The position numbers and the translations under genes were made by a program. Of a stretch of DNA of 64,000 bases, positions 48,696 to 57,693 are shown piece after piece. How positions within the stretch are numbered: position 1 is the first letter of the stretch; every line of letters begins with the position of its first letter. Source of the DNA: an uncultured Actinomycetes bacterium (GTDB taxonomy: Bacteria > Actinomycetota > Thermoleophilia > Gaiellales > Gaiellaceae); contig CAWIJA010000007.1 in assembly GCA_963836345.1 (NCBI GenBank), forward strand, positions 43,092 to 107,091, in the 5' to 3' direction. The notes beneath the pieces were generated by a model that had not been told where the DNA came from, made no database searches, and saw nothing but the letters and a program-made list of their open reading frames with translations.

Positions 48696-48710
48696 GGGCG
48701 GGAACAGACG

Positions 48711-48911
48711 ATGGAGTTGGGGACGGTGACCGCGATCAGCGCGGACGGTTTCGGCTTCATCGCACCGGACCAGCACAGGGGGGAGATCTGGATCCGGCCT
48801 CGCAGCCTGCACGGGGACACGCCCCTGCGCGAGGGGCAGCGCGTGGAGTACGTCCTCGCGGTCGGCTTGCTCGGAATCGAGGCGGCCAACGTGCGGCCGC
48901 TCGAAGCCTGA
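48711..48911 (+). CDS. divergent cold-shock-domain-like protein
   Basis: MELGTVTAISADGFGFIAPDQHRGEIWIRPRSL...LREGQRVEYVL. CSD spacing is kept, but RNP1 is DGFGFI and RNP2 is IWIRP instead of VFVHH. Confidence 0.5.
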   Translation: MELGTVTAISADGFGFIAPDQHRGEIWIRPRSLHGDTPLREGQRVEYVLAVGLLGIEAANVRPLEA

Positions 48912-48937
48912 ACGACATTTCGAGCGGCGAGCTTAGT

Positions 48938-49933
48938 TCAGGCCAAGATCGGTCTGACAGGAGCGTTTCGGGCTACAAAGCGAATCGCCAGCGATGCCAG
49001 CACACCGCAGATGGATGCGGCGACCGCACTCAGTACGAGCAGGAGCCCGGACGCCAGCGAGAAGTTGATCGCGATGTCCTTGCCCACGCCGAGCGCGAGC
49101 AGGACTCCCGCGGCTGCACCGGCATTCACGACGGCCCCGCCGGAGGTGATCGGAATCACAGAAGCCGCCGCACCGAGACAGATGACGGCGAGCGCGGCCT
49201 CAGGCGAGAACGGGAACCCCAGAGCGCTGAGAAGAGCAGCGCTGCCGAAGGCACGCGTCGACCAGCAGGCGAAGAGGTAGAACCACGCCACGATCGCGTC
49301 CTTGCGGCCACCAACCGCCGTGTGCCGGGCGACGTGCTCGCCGAGGGCGCGCAGTCGGCGGCTTCGACGCAGCGCGGGCAGACGCATCAGTCGCTCGCTG
49401 GCGACGAGCAGCGTGCAGCAGGCGATCCCGAACGCGACGACGACTAGCAACGGAGCGCGCAGGAGTGAGCTGCTCGTCGCCGACGCCGAAATCGACAACG
49501 GCAACATCGCGATCGCGTCGATCATCCCGAGCGAGATGATCGAGAGGACGATCGCGCCGATCCCGACCCGAATCCCTCCCAGCTTCTGCAGCATTCCCAC
49601 CTTGATGAGGTAGTCCAGGCGAAAGGGCAGGACGGCTCCACTCGCAGCGCCTGCGCCCACGGATGCGAGGCAACGACCCTGGTCGGGACATTCGTCCGGC
49701 GGAAAGAGCCTGTGCCAGCCTCGCGCGCGAAAGACAAGACTCGCGAGATAGGCAAGCGCAGCTGCTGCGACGAGTGCCGGCTCCGCATGATCGAGGGGCC
49801 AGCTCGAATGCGTGAGCCGTCGGGCAACGAGGATCGACGCGGCTACCGTCAGCAGCGCAAAAGCGGCTCCCACGATTAGACGGCGACGCCGATCACGCCC
49901 ATGACGAGGCGTGTCTCGAGCCAGACCGTTCAC
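48938..49933 (-). CDS. UPF0104 / LPG-synthase-TM (flippase-like) family membrane protein, copy A
   Basis: GTG 49933, 2 nt after the upstream stop. LASLVFRARGWHRLFPPDECPDQGRCLASVGAGAASGAVLPFRLDYLIKVGML..., 8 TM. About 80% identical to 56217..57299. Confidence 0.6.
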   Translation of the reverse strand: MNGLARDTPRHGRDRRRRLIVGAAFALLTVAASILVARRLTHSSWPLDHAEPALVAAAALAYLASLVFRARGWHRLFPPDECPDQGRCLASVGAGAASGAVLPFRLDYLIKVGMLQKLGGIRVGIGAIVLSIISLGMIDAIAMLPLSISASATSSSLLRAPLLVVVAFGIACCTLLVASERLMRLPALRRSRRLRALGEHVARHTAVGGRKDAIVAWFYLFACWSTRAFGSAALLSALGFPFSPEAALAVICLGAAASVIPITSGGAVVNAGAAAGVLLALGVGKDIAINFSLASGLLLVLSAVAASICGVLASLAIRFVARNAPVRPILA

Positions 49934-49934
49934 A

Positions 49935-50330
49935 TTACGCCGGGAGGAGCAGGCAGTGGTCGCCCTCGGTCTGCTCGACGACACCCGGAACCTGGGAGAA
50001 GACCGCCATCATGAACGCCGAGCAGCGACCCGGGTCCAGGACGTCCTGGCGACGGATGCGGCCAAGGCGCTCGAACGTCCCCCAGCACTCCCGAATGTCG
50101 TCGAGCGCTATCCACCGCGAGCTCGTCGTGGAGTCGAGCATCAGGCGGCGGCCGCGATGATAGCTCGTGATCTGGTTGGTCGCGCCAAGGATGCCGGGCA
50201 AGGCCTCGCCCGTATCCGCGAGCCGAGTGAGCACACCCTCGACGTCCTCCCAGCACGGGACACGGTGGCGCGATGGCGCTCCGGCGCCGGCAGAGAACTG
50301 CGGTTCCGAAACCTTGGACGGTGCACCCAT
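49935..50330 (-). CDS. hypothetical protein (131 aa)
   Basis: ATG 50330 after GAAGGGA. MGAPSKVSEPQFSAG...WIALDDIRECWGTFERLGRIRRQDVLDPGRCSAFMMAVFSQVPGV. Confidence 0.45.
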   Translation of the reverse strand: MGAPSKVSEPQFSAGAGAPSRHRVPCWEDVEGVLTRLADTGEALPGILGATNQITSYHRGRRLMLDSTTSSRWIALDDIRECWGTFERLGRIRRQDVLDPGRCSAFMMAVFSQVPGVVEQTEGDHCLLLPA

Positions 50331-50681
50331 TGCGATCCCTTCTCGGTGAGGTCGATTGGCTAGACGAGAGACCTCACGCGCTCCGCCGTCAGGCGAGCAA
50401 ACGAGAAGATGGGCACCTAAGGCAACCGCCTTGCACACATCAGAGTAGCGATCGTCGCCCGAAACCGCTTTGAGGCGCTGCGTTTGAGGCCAGGCGACGC
50501 AGGGACAACGGCTGAAGGGGCGCACCTTCGCCTACCCAGAAACCGTGGACGAGGGTCGCCCCTTCATGTTGTGCGCGCTCGTCTTCAACGGGCAAGCGAG
50601 GGCGAAAGTTACGATCGGAGACCCGACGGTCATTCTCGCTCCGGTGGGGCAGGCTCTCGCGCGACGAGCCGGAGCCCTTGA

Positions 50682-51590
50682 TCAGGACCGGTCCGGCGCG
50701 GGCGTCAGATCGTTCACACCGTGCGGCGATGCTGCCGAGCGAGCGGACGTGCCACGCAGGTCGAGACGCTGGCCGTGCTTTCGCTCGCCGAGGAAGACCG
50801 CGCCGATGACGACGGCGGCGAACGCGGCGATGCGAACGCCGCCGAGCCATCCGCGCGGGAGCGGCTCGGAGAAGATCGTCATGCCGGCGACGATCGGCAA
50901 CGCGTTCGTGAGCAGGGTGGCGATACCCGCGGTGGCAAGCGCACTTCCTCGCTGGAAGCCGGTCTGGAGGACGACCGAGCCGAGCGCATAACAGGCGACG
51001 AGTGCGGCCACGAACGCAAGGTGGCCCCCCTCCTCGACCGCGCCTTTCGTCGCGACGTCACCTGACGCGAAGAGGAGGCCGGTCGCCACGCCGTAGGCCG
51101 GGCCGCCGCCGATCCGCTCGGCGAGCACGTTGACGGCGACAAATGCGGTCAGCGCCGAGGCGGCGATCCAGAGGCCGACGCTGAGGTAGGTGGCACCCTT
51201 GCCCTCACCGTGGCCGCCGGCGAGCGACACACCGAGCAGGGCGAGCCCGCCGACTGCGATCCCGACTCCTCCCCGCTCGGCCCGCGAGAGCGGCACGCCC
51301 GTAACGCGCGCGACCATCAGCGCGAGGATCCCGATCCCGCCCGCCGCGGTGGCCTGGACGAGTGACAGCGGCGCCAGCGCGAGCGCCACGACGAACAGCA
51401 TCCATCCTGTCGCCTCGGTGCCGAAGCCGAGCAGCCAGCCGCGGCTGCCGAGCAGGAGCCGGAGCGCCTGGAGCGGCGTACGTATAGACAGCGGCGGCAG
51501 TCGCCGTACCGCTGTGTGCTCGATCAGGTAGCCGACGTTGAGCGCGCACGCGGACGCGAGCGTGGCGGCAAGCGCGAGCGCGATCTGCAC
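50682..51590 (-). CDS. polytopic membrane protein (about 9-10 TM; DMT/NIPA-like)
   Basis: GTG 51590 overlaps the upstream stop (TAGTG). Hydrophobic throughout. Family assignment is tentative. Confidence 0.45.
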   Translation of the reverse strand: MQIALALAATLASACALNVGYLIEHTAVRRLPPLSIRTPLQALRLLLGSRGWLLGFGTEATGWMLFVVALALAPLSLVQATAAGGIGILALMVARVTGVPLSRAERGGVGIAVGGLALLGVSLAGGHGEGKGATYLSVGLWIAASALTAFVAVNVLAERIGGGPAYGVATGLLFASGDVATKGAVEEGGHLAFVAALVACYALGSVVLQTGFQRGSALATAGIATLLTNALPIVAGMTIFSEPLPRGWLGGVRIAAFAAVVIGAVFLGERKHGQRLDLRGTSARSAASPHGVNDLTPAPDRS

Positions 51591-52375
51591 TAGTGCGCTC
51601 CACCGGCGGCGACGGCCGCCTCGTTTGCCGGCCGCTTGTTCAAGGCGCGAACGACGGCGGCACCGCGGACGACGAGGATCGAGCAGGGAGCATGATGAGC
51701 GACTCGCTCGCTCACGCTACCGAGAGCCGCGAGCCCGTGGAGGCTCCGGTTGCCCAGCACCACCAGATCGGCGCCCTCGGCTGCGGCGATGAGCACGTCG
51801 ACCGGGTGGCCGTGGTGCCGTTCGAGGTCATCCACCTCGTCGAGTACAGCAGAATCGACGCCCTTGCCTCGTTCGGCGGCGACGGGAAGAAGGTGTGCCC
51901 CCTCTCGCGCAGCCACCTCGCGAGCTACTGCGAGTGCGGCGGCGCCGACCGCGATGAAGGCGGCACGCAGCACCAGCGCTCCTACGACCCCCCACAGGAG
52001 CGCGCGATGACGGTACCCGGTCGGGACGGCGAAGTACGTGAAGATCACCGCCAGCACGAAGACGTTGTCGATCGAGAGGCTGCGCTCGACCACGTAGCCG
52101 GTCAGGCACTCGGTGGCAGCGCCGCCACCCCGCCACGCCCACACGACCCCCGCGAAGGCGATCGCCAGCGCGAGCCACACGGCCGTCCAGACAGCCGCCT
52201 CGCGCACGCGCACCGCTACTGCGCGGCGATGGAATACGAGCAGGTCGACCAGCAGCACTGCGAGCACCGCGGCGGCGAAGACGACCCAGACCCAAACGGC
52301 TGCCACGAACGTCCCTTCTTTCGTCGCTTGCCGAAGGTCTCTCCGAGCCTGTGAGGGCCGGCGCCCCGGACTCAA
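51590..52375 (-). CDS. chimeric ORF: N-terminal half of a TerC-family membrane protein fused to the C-terminal half of a universal stress protein
   Basis: TerC part: EAAVWTAVWLALAIAF...TGYVVERSLSIDNVFVLAVIFTYFAVP...LLWGVVGALVLRAAFI. USP part: VDVLIAAAEGADLVVLGNRSLHGLAALGSVSERVAHHAPCSILVVR. Start 52375 or GTG 52307. Confidence 0.55.
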   Translation of the reverse strand: MSPGRRPSQARRDLRQATKEGTFVAAVWVWVVFAAAVLAVLLVDLLVFHRRAVAVRVREAAVWTAVWLALAIAFAGVVWAWRGGGAATECLTGYVVERSLSIDNVFVLAVIFTYFAVPTGYRHRALLWGVVGALVLRAAFIAVGAAALAVAREVAAREGAHLLPVAAERGKGVDSAVLDEVDDLERHHGHPVDVLIAAAEGADLVVLGNRSLHGLAALGSVSERVAHHAPCSILVVRGAAVVRALNKRPANEAAVAAGGAH

Positions 52376-52536
52376 ACGAGCCGTGATGACGAGGCGCCTG
52401 GGGTGGATACTCCCCTTCGCGCCCTAGACGTTACGGCACTCGTCGATCGACAGATCGCGTGCTTGAACAGTGGTTTTCCGCAGGCGCATTCCGCGCCGAG
52501 CCGTGCGTTACGAGAACTCGAGCCGGGCTGTCGAGT

Positions 52537-53088
52537 TCACGCCCCTGCTTGGCTCCCCGCGATCGCGGCGACGCCTCCGGCATCCTCGGCCAGGCCGCGG
52601 ACCACGAAGGCCGTGAAGAGAAGCAGCCCCGGCTCGATCGGTTCGGAGTCGTCGACGATGATCTTGACGGGTCTTCGACCCCAGCCCTTGCCTTCGATGA
52701 CGGCGAGCTCCCGATCGCCGTCCGCGAGCGCGTATCGCTCGCGCCAGCTGCTGGCAGGCCGCAGCGCGAACTCGCTGCCGACCCACCGTAGGGTGCCCCC
52801 GCGACGCATGCCTCGCGACTCGAACTCCCCTACCGCTGCGCCCGCCGCGTCGGTGGCCTGGATACGCGCGTGCCAGAACCCTCGGCGAGCGAACCGCCAG
52901 CTTGTCCCGCCGGCCTCGGCAATCGCGCGTCGCGACGCAAAGCCGTCTAGGCGCAGCGTGCCGACAGCTCCGAGTGCGTAGAGGCGGCGGTCGCCCGGCG
53001 TGCGTGTGAGTTCGAGGTCGGCCCTCTGTTGGAGCAGCTCAATTCTCCTTTCCGTACGCAGTCTCGCTCCTGATCGGAGTCGAGACAT
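52537..53088 (-). CDS. hypothetical protein (183 aa)
   Basis: High-GC3 ORF. ...LYALGAVGTLRLDGFASRRAIAEAGGTSWRFARRGFW... with a hydrophobic C-terminus. No family recognised. Confidence 0.4.
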   Translation of the reverse strand: MSRLRSGARLRTERRIELLQQRADLELTRTPGDRRLYALGAVGTLRLDGFASRRAIAEAGGTSWRFARRGFWHARIQATDAAGAAVGEFESRGMRRGGTLRWVGSEFALRPASSWRERYALADGDRELAVIEGKGWGRRPVKIIVDDSEPIEPGLLLFTAFVVRGLAEDAGGVAAIAGSQAGA

Positions 53089-53220
53089 CTGCGTAACTGA
53101 CTACGCTGGGCACTCGGCTTCGTCCAAGACCGCGGCATGATCTTCATAAGGGGAAGTGTTCACCTGGCCCGCTTCGGCTTCCAGCCGCGGAGCTTGCAAC
53201 CCGGGCCGCCAGGCAGCAGA

Positions 53221-53952
53221 ATGCCTCGCATGCGACGACGTGCTGTCGTCGGCTTGACCCTCGCAGCGTGCTCGGTCGCTGCCGTGCTCTTCGGCGCCGT
53301 GGCGGGGAGGGCGCATCCTGCCGGCGGATCGTCGGCTGCGGCGCGGATCGACCCGAGCGTCGCCGCCGGAGCGCACGACTTCGTCCAGTTCGCGTGCGCG
53401 GCCTGCCATGGATCGCTCGGTCGCGGTGGGGTCTCGCCGTTCGTGCCCGCCCTCCGAGGCGTCGGCAAGTCGCTCACGGTTCAGGCATTGACCCGGATCA
53501 TCACCCACGGCCTGGGTGAGTCCACGAACCCGAAGCGGCCGTACATGCCGGTGTGGGGGCCGGTGATCTCGAAACGGCAGGTGGCCGATCTGGTCGCTTA
53601 CATCCGCGCCGGTCTTCCGCCGGTTCAGTACGCCACGCCCGTTCCGATTCCCGGCAACCAGGGCCCCGTGGTCGCGGGTATGGCCGCGTACGTGCACTAC
53701 GGCTGCATCAACTGCCACGGCCCCAACGGGCTCGGCGGGGTGCCGAACCCGCAGTCCCCCGACAAGGCGATCCCCCCTCTCTCGGGCCAGGACTTCCGCC
53801 AGGAGTTCAACACCGACGCGAAGATCCTCGCGATGATCCGCTCGGGCAGCGTGATCGGCAGACCGCCGATCACGAGCATGCCGCACTGGGGCGGGATCAT
53901 CCCTAACTGGCAGCTGAAGGCGCTCGTCGCCTACCTGAAGACGCTCAAGTAG
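53221..53952 (+). CDS. dihaem c-type cytochrome (secreted or membrane-anchored)
   Basis: ATG 53221: MPRMRRRAVVGLTLAACSVAAVLF (signal). Two CxxCH motifs: FACAACHGS and YGCINCHGP. Confidence 0.8.
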   Translation: MPRMRRRAVVGLTLAACSVAAVLFGAVAGRAHPAGGSSAAARIDPSVAAGAHDFVQFACAACHGSLGRGGVSPFVPALRGVGKSLTVQALTRIITHGLGESTNPKRPYMPVWGPVISKRQVADLVAYIRAGLPPVQYATPVPIPGNQGPVVAGMAAYVHYGCINCHGPNGLGGVPNPQSPDKAIPPLSGQDFRQEFNTDAKILAMIRSGSVIGRPPITSMPHWGGIIPNWQLKALVAYLKTLK

Positions 53953-53999
53953 CTCCCGACCCGTGGGCTACGCGGCGCTGCGGACGCCGGCCATCATCA

Positions 54000-54989
54000 T
54001 CAGTCCTTTCCATCGTCTCGCTTATCGACGGGCTGGGGGAAGTCGATGCTGACGGTCTCGTCCGCTCGTCGCTCCTCGACCTTTCCACGCTGTGTGAGCG
54101 CGCGCCTGTCCGCCTGTGTGGCCGGTTGCTCGATCAGGAAGGAGAAGCTGCGCGGCCAGAGCCTTCGGGTTGCGACGACGTTCCCCTCGGCGGCGAGCAG
54201 CGTGATGTGCGCGCCGAGGTAGATCCAGGAGAGCAGGCCGATGACAAGAGCGAAGGTGCCGTAGACGTTGCTCGCGTCCTTCAGCACGTGGCCGACGTAG
54301 TAACCCCCGAGCGTCTGCAGGATCTCGTAGAGGACGCCCGCGCCAATTGCCCCGCCGCGAAGCTGGCGCCAGGTCACCTCGCGCGCCGTGAGCACCCGGA
54401 AGCCGACCCAGAAGAGGCCGATGTTGAGCGCCGTCGAGAGCACGATCGAGCCGGCCTTCCAGCCGATCCCGAACCCCGCCCCGACCGTGGCAAGGCCGCC
54501 GAGGATCGTGGTCGCGAGGGCGCCGCCGCCGAGCAGGACCAGAAGGAGCAGCGCCCGAACTCGTGCGCGGATCGGATCCGGCCGCCGCTTGAAGGGGACG
54601 CCCCAGAGGTGGTTCATCGCGTTCTGGGATGCGAGGAAGACGCCCATGCCCGCCCAGAGCGCGGCGGCGATCCCGAGGCCGAGCGCGAGCGCGCTCCCGT
54701 GAAGCGAGCCTCGGCTCAGCTCGGGGCCAATCACTGGGAACTGTCCAAGGGCAGAGTCCACGATCGACTCGTAGAGATGGCTGTGCCCGCGGAGGACGAA
54801 GCCGAGCACGGTCGTCAGCACGAGCAGGAGCGGAAAGACCGCGAAGAAGGCGTAATAGGTGATCGTGGCCGCCAGGTAGACGCCCTGATCGTCGACGTAC
54901 TTCTGCAATACCGCGAGCGGGAAACCGAGCCCTCCGTGCCGCTGCTGGAAGCGATCGAACGCGCTGTATCGCTTCCCAAACCCGCTCAC
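54000..54989 (-). CDS. YihY/BrkB family membrane protein, second copy
   Basis: LAVLQKYVDDQGVYLAATITYYAFFAVFPLLLVLTTVLGF... Confidence 0.8.
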   Translation of the reverse strand: MSGFGKRYSAFDRFQQRHGGLGFPLAVLQKYVDDQGVYLAATITYYAFFAVFPLLLVLTTVLGFVLRGHSHLYESIVDSALGQFPVIGPELSRGSLHGSALALGLGIAAALWAGMGVFLASQNAMNHLWGVPFKRRPDPIRARVRALLLLVLLGGGALATTILGGLATVGAGFGIGWKAGSIVLSTALNIGLFWVGFRVLTAREVTWRQLRGGAIGAGVLYEILQTLGGYYVGHVLKDASNVYGTFALVIGLLSWIYLGAHITLLAAEGNVVATRRLWPRSFSFLIEQPATQADRRALTQRGKVEERRADETVSIDFPQPVDKRDDGKD

Positions 54990-55023
54990 GGCATCCTCCG
55001 GGGACGGGACGCCGGACCGGCGC

Positions 55024-55413
55024 TCAGCGGCGGGCGAGACGGCGGCCGCTCACCGTGGTCGGAGCGGTGTAGTTCATCTCGAAGTGGTGGTACAGCCTGG
55101 ACTCGTCAGCCTGAGAGAGCTCGTCGCCGTGCAGCTCGATGTTTGGCGCCGCCTTGACTGTGTCCGCGGACACCGCGACCTGCAGGTGGTCGGGCCCTGT
55201 CGTCACTCCAGCGAGTGGGACGAACGTGAGGTGGCGGCCGATGAAGCCTTCTTTCACCGTGGCGAACATGGGCTCGTCGGTCTCGACATCGACGTAGACG
55301 TCCTGGAGCTTGCCGATCTTCTCCCCCGCGCTGTCGATCAAGTCCTTGCCCTGCCACTCGGCTAGATTCGGCTGGGTCAACGATCTGCTCCCTTCCTCGC
55401 TTTCGGCGGACAT
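55024..55413 (-). CDS. PRC-barrel domain protein
   Basis: ATG 55413: MSAESEEGSRSLTQPNLAEWQGKDLIDSAGEKIGKLQDVYVDVETDEPMFATVKEGFIGRHLTFVPL. Confidence 0.6.
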   Translation of the reverse strand: MSAESEEGSRSLTQPNLAEWQGKDLIDSAGEKIGKLQDVYVDVETDEPMFATVKEGFIGRHLTFVPLAGVTTGPDHLQVAVSADTVKAAPNIELHGDELSQADESRLYHHFEMNYTAPTTVSGRRLARR

Positions 55414-55636
55414 ACGAACCGTCAACCTGCTCGAGGTGGGCGAATCGTAGCGCAGGCAAGGCAGATCGAAGGCACAGCGGTGCACGATTGCCGCTAGGCT
55501 GGATGTGCGCGTAGGCCTAGCGCGGAAGCCGGCGAGGCTCGCACGATTCCTTTCTGACTGTCAGACCTGGCCTGAGTGCAAGAGGGGAGCTCGTCCTGAG
55601 CTCGCCGACCCTGAGAGATGACAGTTGGGAGCAGAG

Positions 55637-55954
55637 ATGCATGCGACCGTGAGACGCTACGAAGGAATCGACCAGAGCAGCAAGGACGAGCTGACGCGCA
55701 AGGTCGGCGAGTCGTTGATGCCGAGGTTGAGCAAGCTGCCGGGCTTCAACGGCTATTACCTGATCGAGTCTGGGAACGGCGTGTTCACGTCCGTCGGCCT
55801 CTTCGACGACTCGACCCAGGCCGAAGAGTCGACGCGCGTCGCCTCCGGCTGGGTGGTCGACCAGAAGCTCGAGTCGATCCTTCCGAACCCGCCGAAGGTC
55901 ACGACCGGCGAGGTCATCGCGCACAGGGTCACGAACGGATCGGTTCGGGCGTAA
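55637..55954 (+). CDS. ABM-like (dimeric alpha/beta-barrel) small protein
   Basis: GGGAG 5 nt before ATG 55637. MHATVRRYEGIDQSSKDELTRKVGESLMPRLSKLPGFNGYYLIESGNGVFTSVGLFDD. Confidence 0.5.
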   Translation: MHATVRRYEGIDQSSKDELTRKVGESLMPRLSKLPGFNGYYLIESGNGVFTSVGLFDDSTQAEESTRVASGWVVDQKLESILPNPPKVTTGEVIAHRVTNGSVRA

Positions 55955-55982
55955 CAGCAGAACGCACCCTGCTCGAGAACGC

Positions 55983-56007
55983 AGAGGGCCCGCATCGCGG
56001 GCCCTCT
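55983..56007. terminator. 11-bp perfect hairpin between convergent genes
   Basis: AGAGGGCCCGC-atc-GCGGGCCCTCT. Confidence 0.55.
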
Positions 56008-56034
56008 CGCGTCTTCAGTCACCCTGCCGTCTTC

Positions 56035-56220
56035 CTATTCTGCGGCGCCTCCCTCACCTTCCCAGACCCGGAGCGCGTCGCTCTCCCCAGGTCGGGCGCG
56101 CTTCTCGGCAGCGAGGCTGTTTCTGTACGCCTCGTACGCCTTCAGCACTTGAAGGTCGTGCCGGCCTCTTCCCGGAAAGAAGCGGGCGGAGAACGCCTGC
56201 CAGTCGAGACGCGAGGTCAC
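56035..56220 (-). CDS. small protein (61 aa) ending in a WEGEGG motif
   Basis: GTG 56220 overlaps the stop of the upstream UPF0104 gene (GTGA). VTSRLDWQAFSARFFPGRGRHDLQVLKAYEAYRNSLAAEKRARPGESDALRVWEGEGGAAE. Confidence 0.45.
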   Translation of the reverse strand: MTSRLDWQAFSARFFPGRGRHDLQVLKAYEAYRNSLAAEKRARPGESDALRVWEGEGGAAE

Positions 56221-57299
56221 GGGCGCGCCTTCACCGTGGTGATCGGCACGAGCGCGACTTCTCCGCGCGAGAGGTTGTGGCGGGCCACTGCCCGGATCGC
56301 AAGCGAGGCGAGGACGCCCATGACGGCGGCGACGATCGCACTGGCCACGAGCAGGAGGCCTGACGCAAGCGAGAAGTTGATCGCGATGTCCTTGCCGACG
56401 CCGAGCGCAAGGAGGATGCCGGCGGTTGCGCCGGCGCCGACGACGGCGCCGCCGGAGGTGATCGGGATCACGCCGGCGGCGGCGGCGAGGCAGATCACGG
56501 CGAGCGCGGTTGCCGGCGAGAAGGAGAGCCCGAGCGCAGTGAGCAGCGCGGCGCTGCCGAAAGCACGCGTCGACCAGCAGGCGAACAGATAGAACCAGGC
56601 CACGGTTGCGTCGCGGCGCCCACGTCTCGTCGTGTGCCGGGCGACGTGCTCGCTGATCGTGCGCAAGCGACGGCTCCGGCGTAGCAGCGGCAGGCCGATC
56701 AGGCGTCCGCCGACGACCAGCAGGGTGCAGCAGGCGATGCCGAAGACGACGACGATCAGCAGCGGGCCGCGGAGGGCAGAGCCGCTCGTCGCCGTCGCCG
56801 AGATCGAGAGCGGCAGCATCGCGATTGCGTCGATCATCCCGAGCGACACGATCGATAGGACGATTGCCTCGAAGCCGATGCGAATGCCGCCGAGCTTGCG
56901 CAACATGCCGACCTTGATCAGGTAGTCGAGACGGAAAGGAAGCACCGCCCCGCTCGCCGCGGCGGCGCCGACCGAGGCGAGACACCGGGCTTGGTCAGGA
57001 CACTCGTCCGGTGGGAAGAGCCTGTGCCAGCCGCGAGCGCGAAAGAGGTAGCTGGCGAGGTAGGAGAGAGCAGCAACGGCGACCAGCGCAGGCTGGGCGT
57101 CAGCGAGCGGCCAGCTCTCCTGCGTCAATCGCCGGCCGACCAGCAACGCGGCGGCGACCGTGATCAACCCGAACGCCAGGCTCGCGACCAGCCGAGCCCG
57201 ATGACGCGGAGCGGTGCTCTTGACCGTGCTCGCCGGCGGTGAGCGCGGCCAGTCGGCCCCTCCCGCAGGAGGTACCGCGGAGATGACCCTCGTCGACAT
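56217..57299 (-). CDS. UPF0104 / LPG-synthase-TM (flippase-like) family membrane protein, copy B
   Basis: LASYLFRARGWHRLFPPDECPDQARCLASVGAAAASGAVLPFRLDYLIKVGML... The start overlaps the upstream stop (TGATG). Confidence 0.6.
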   Translation of the reverse strand: MSTRVISAVPPAGGADWPRSPPASTVKSTAPRHRARLVASLAFGLITVAAALLVGRRLTQESWPLADAQPALVAVAALSYLASYLFRARGWHRLFPPDECPDQARCLASVGAAAASGAVLPFRLDYLIKVGMLRKLGGIRIGFEAIVLSIVSLGMIDAIAMLPLSISATATSGSALRGPLLIVVVFGIACCTLLVVGGRLIGLPLLRRSRRLRTISEHVARHTTRRGRRDATVAWFYLFACWSTRAFGSAALLTALGLSFSPATALAVICLAAAAGVIPITSGGAVVGAGATAGILLALGVGKDIAINFSLASGLLLVASAIVAAVMGVLASLAIRAVARHNLSRGEVALVPITTVKARP

Positions 57300-57673
57300 C
57301 AGACTCGTGGTGCCCGCGTATGCCAGCGGAAGAGGGCGCTACTGACGATCCCGAGCAGCCAACCAAGGATCGCGGAGAAGAGGATGATCCAGACGAGCGA
57401 GGCGCTCGACGAGCCGACCACCCAGCTCAGCTTGACCTGACGCGTGTTCGCCACCACGAGCGCCACCAGGCAAACAAGCAGCGCGACCGTGAAGAACGCG
57501 TAGGCGTGGAAGCGAGTCCGCCGGGCCTTGCGACCGAAGCGCTCTCCGCGGGTCTCACCGGCCACGGGCGCCACAGAAGCATCAGTCGAGGTCTCGTCTG
57601 CCAGAGCGGGCTTTCCGTTCTGGGTCGGGTCGGGTGCGGGCAGGATCCTGGTTTCGGTCTGCTCCGTGGACAT
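57299..57673 (-). CDS. LapA-domain (DUF1049-like) membrane protein
   Basis: FHAYAFFTVALLVCLVALVVANTRQVKLSWVVGSSSASLVWIILFSAILGWLLGIV. Confidence 0.55.
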   Translation of the reverse strand: MSTEQTETRILPAPDPTQNGKPALADETSTDASVAPVAGETRGERFGRKARRTRFHAYAFFTVALLVCLVALVVANTRQVKLSWVVGSSSASLVWIILFSAILGWLLGIVSSALFRWHTRAPRV

Positions 57674-57693
57674 GGCCTCCCTTTCGTACTCGT

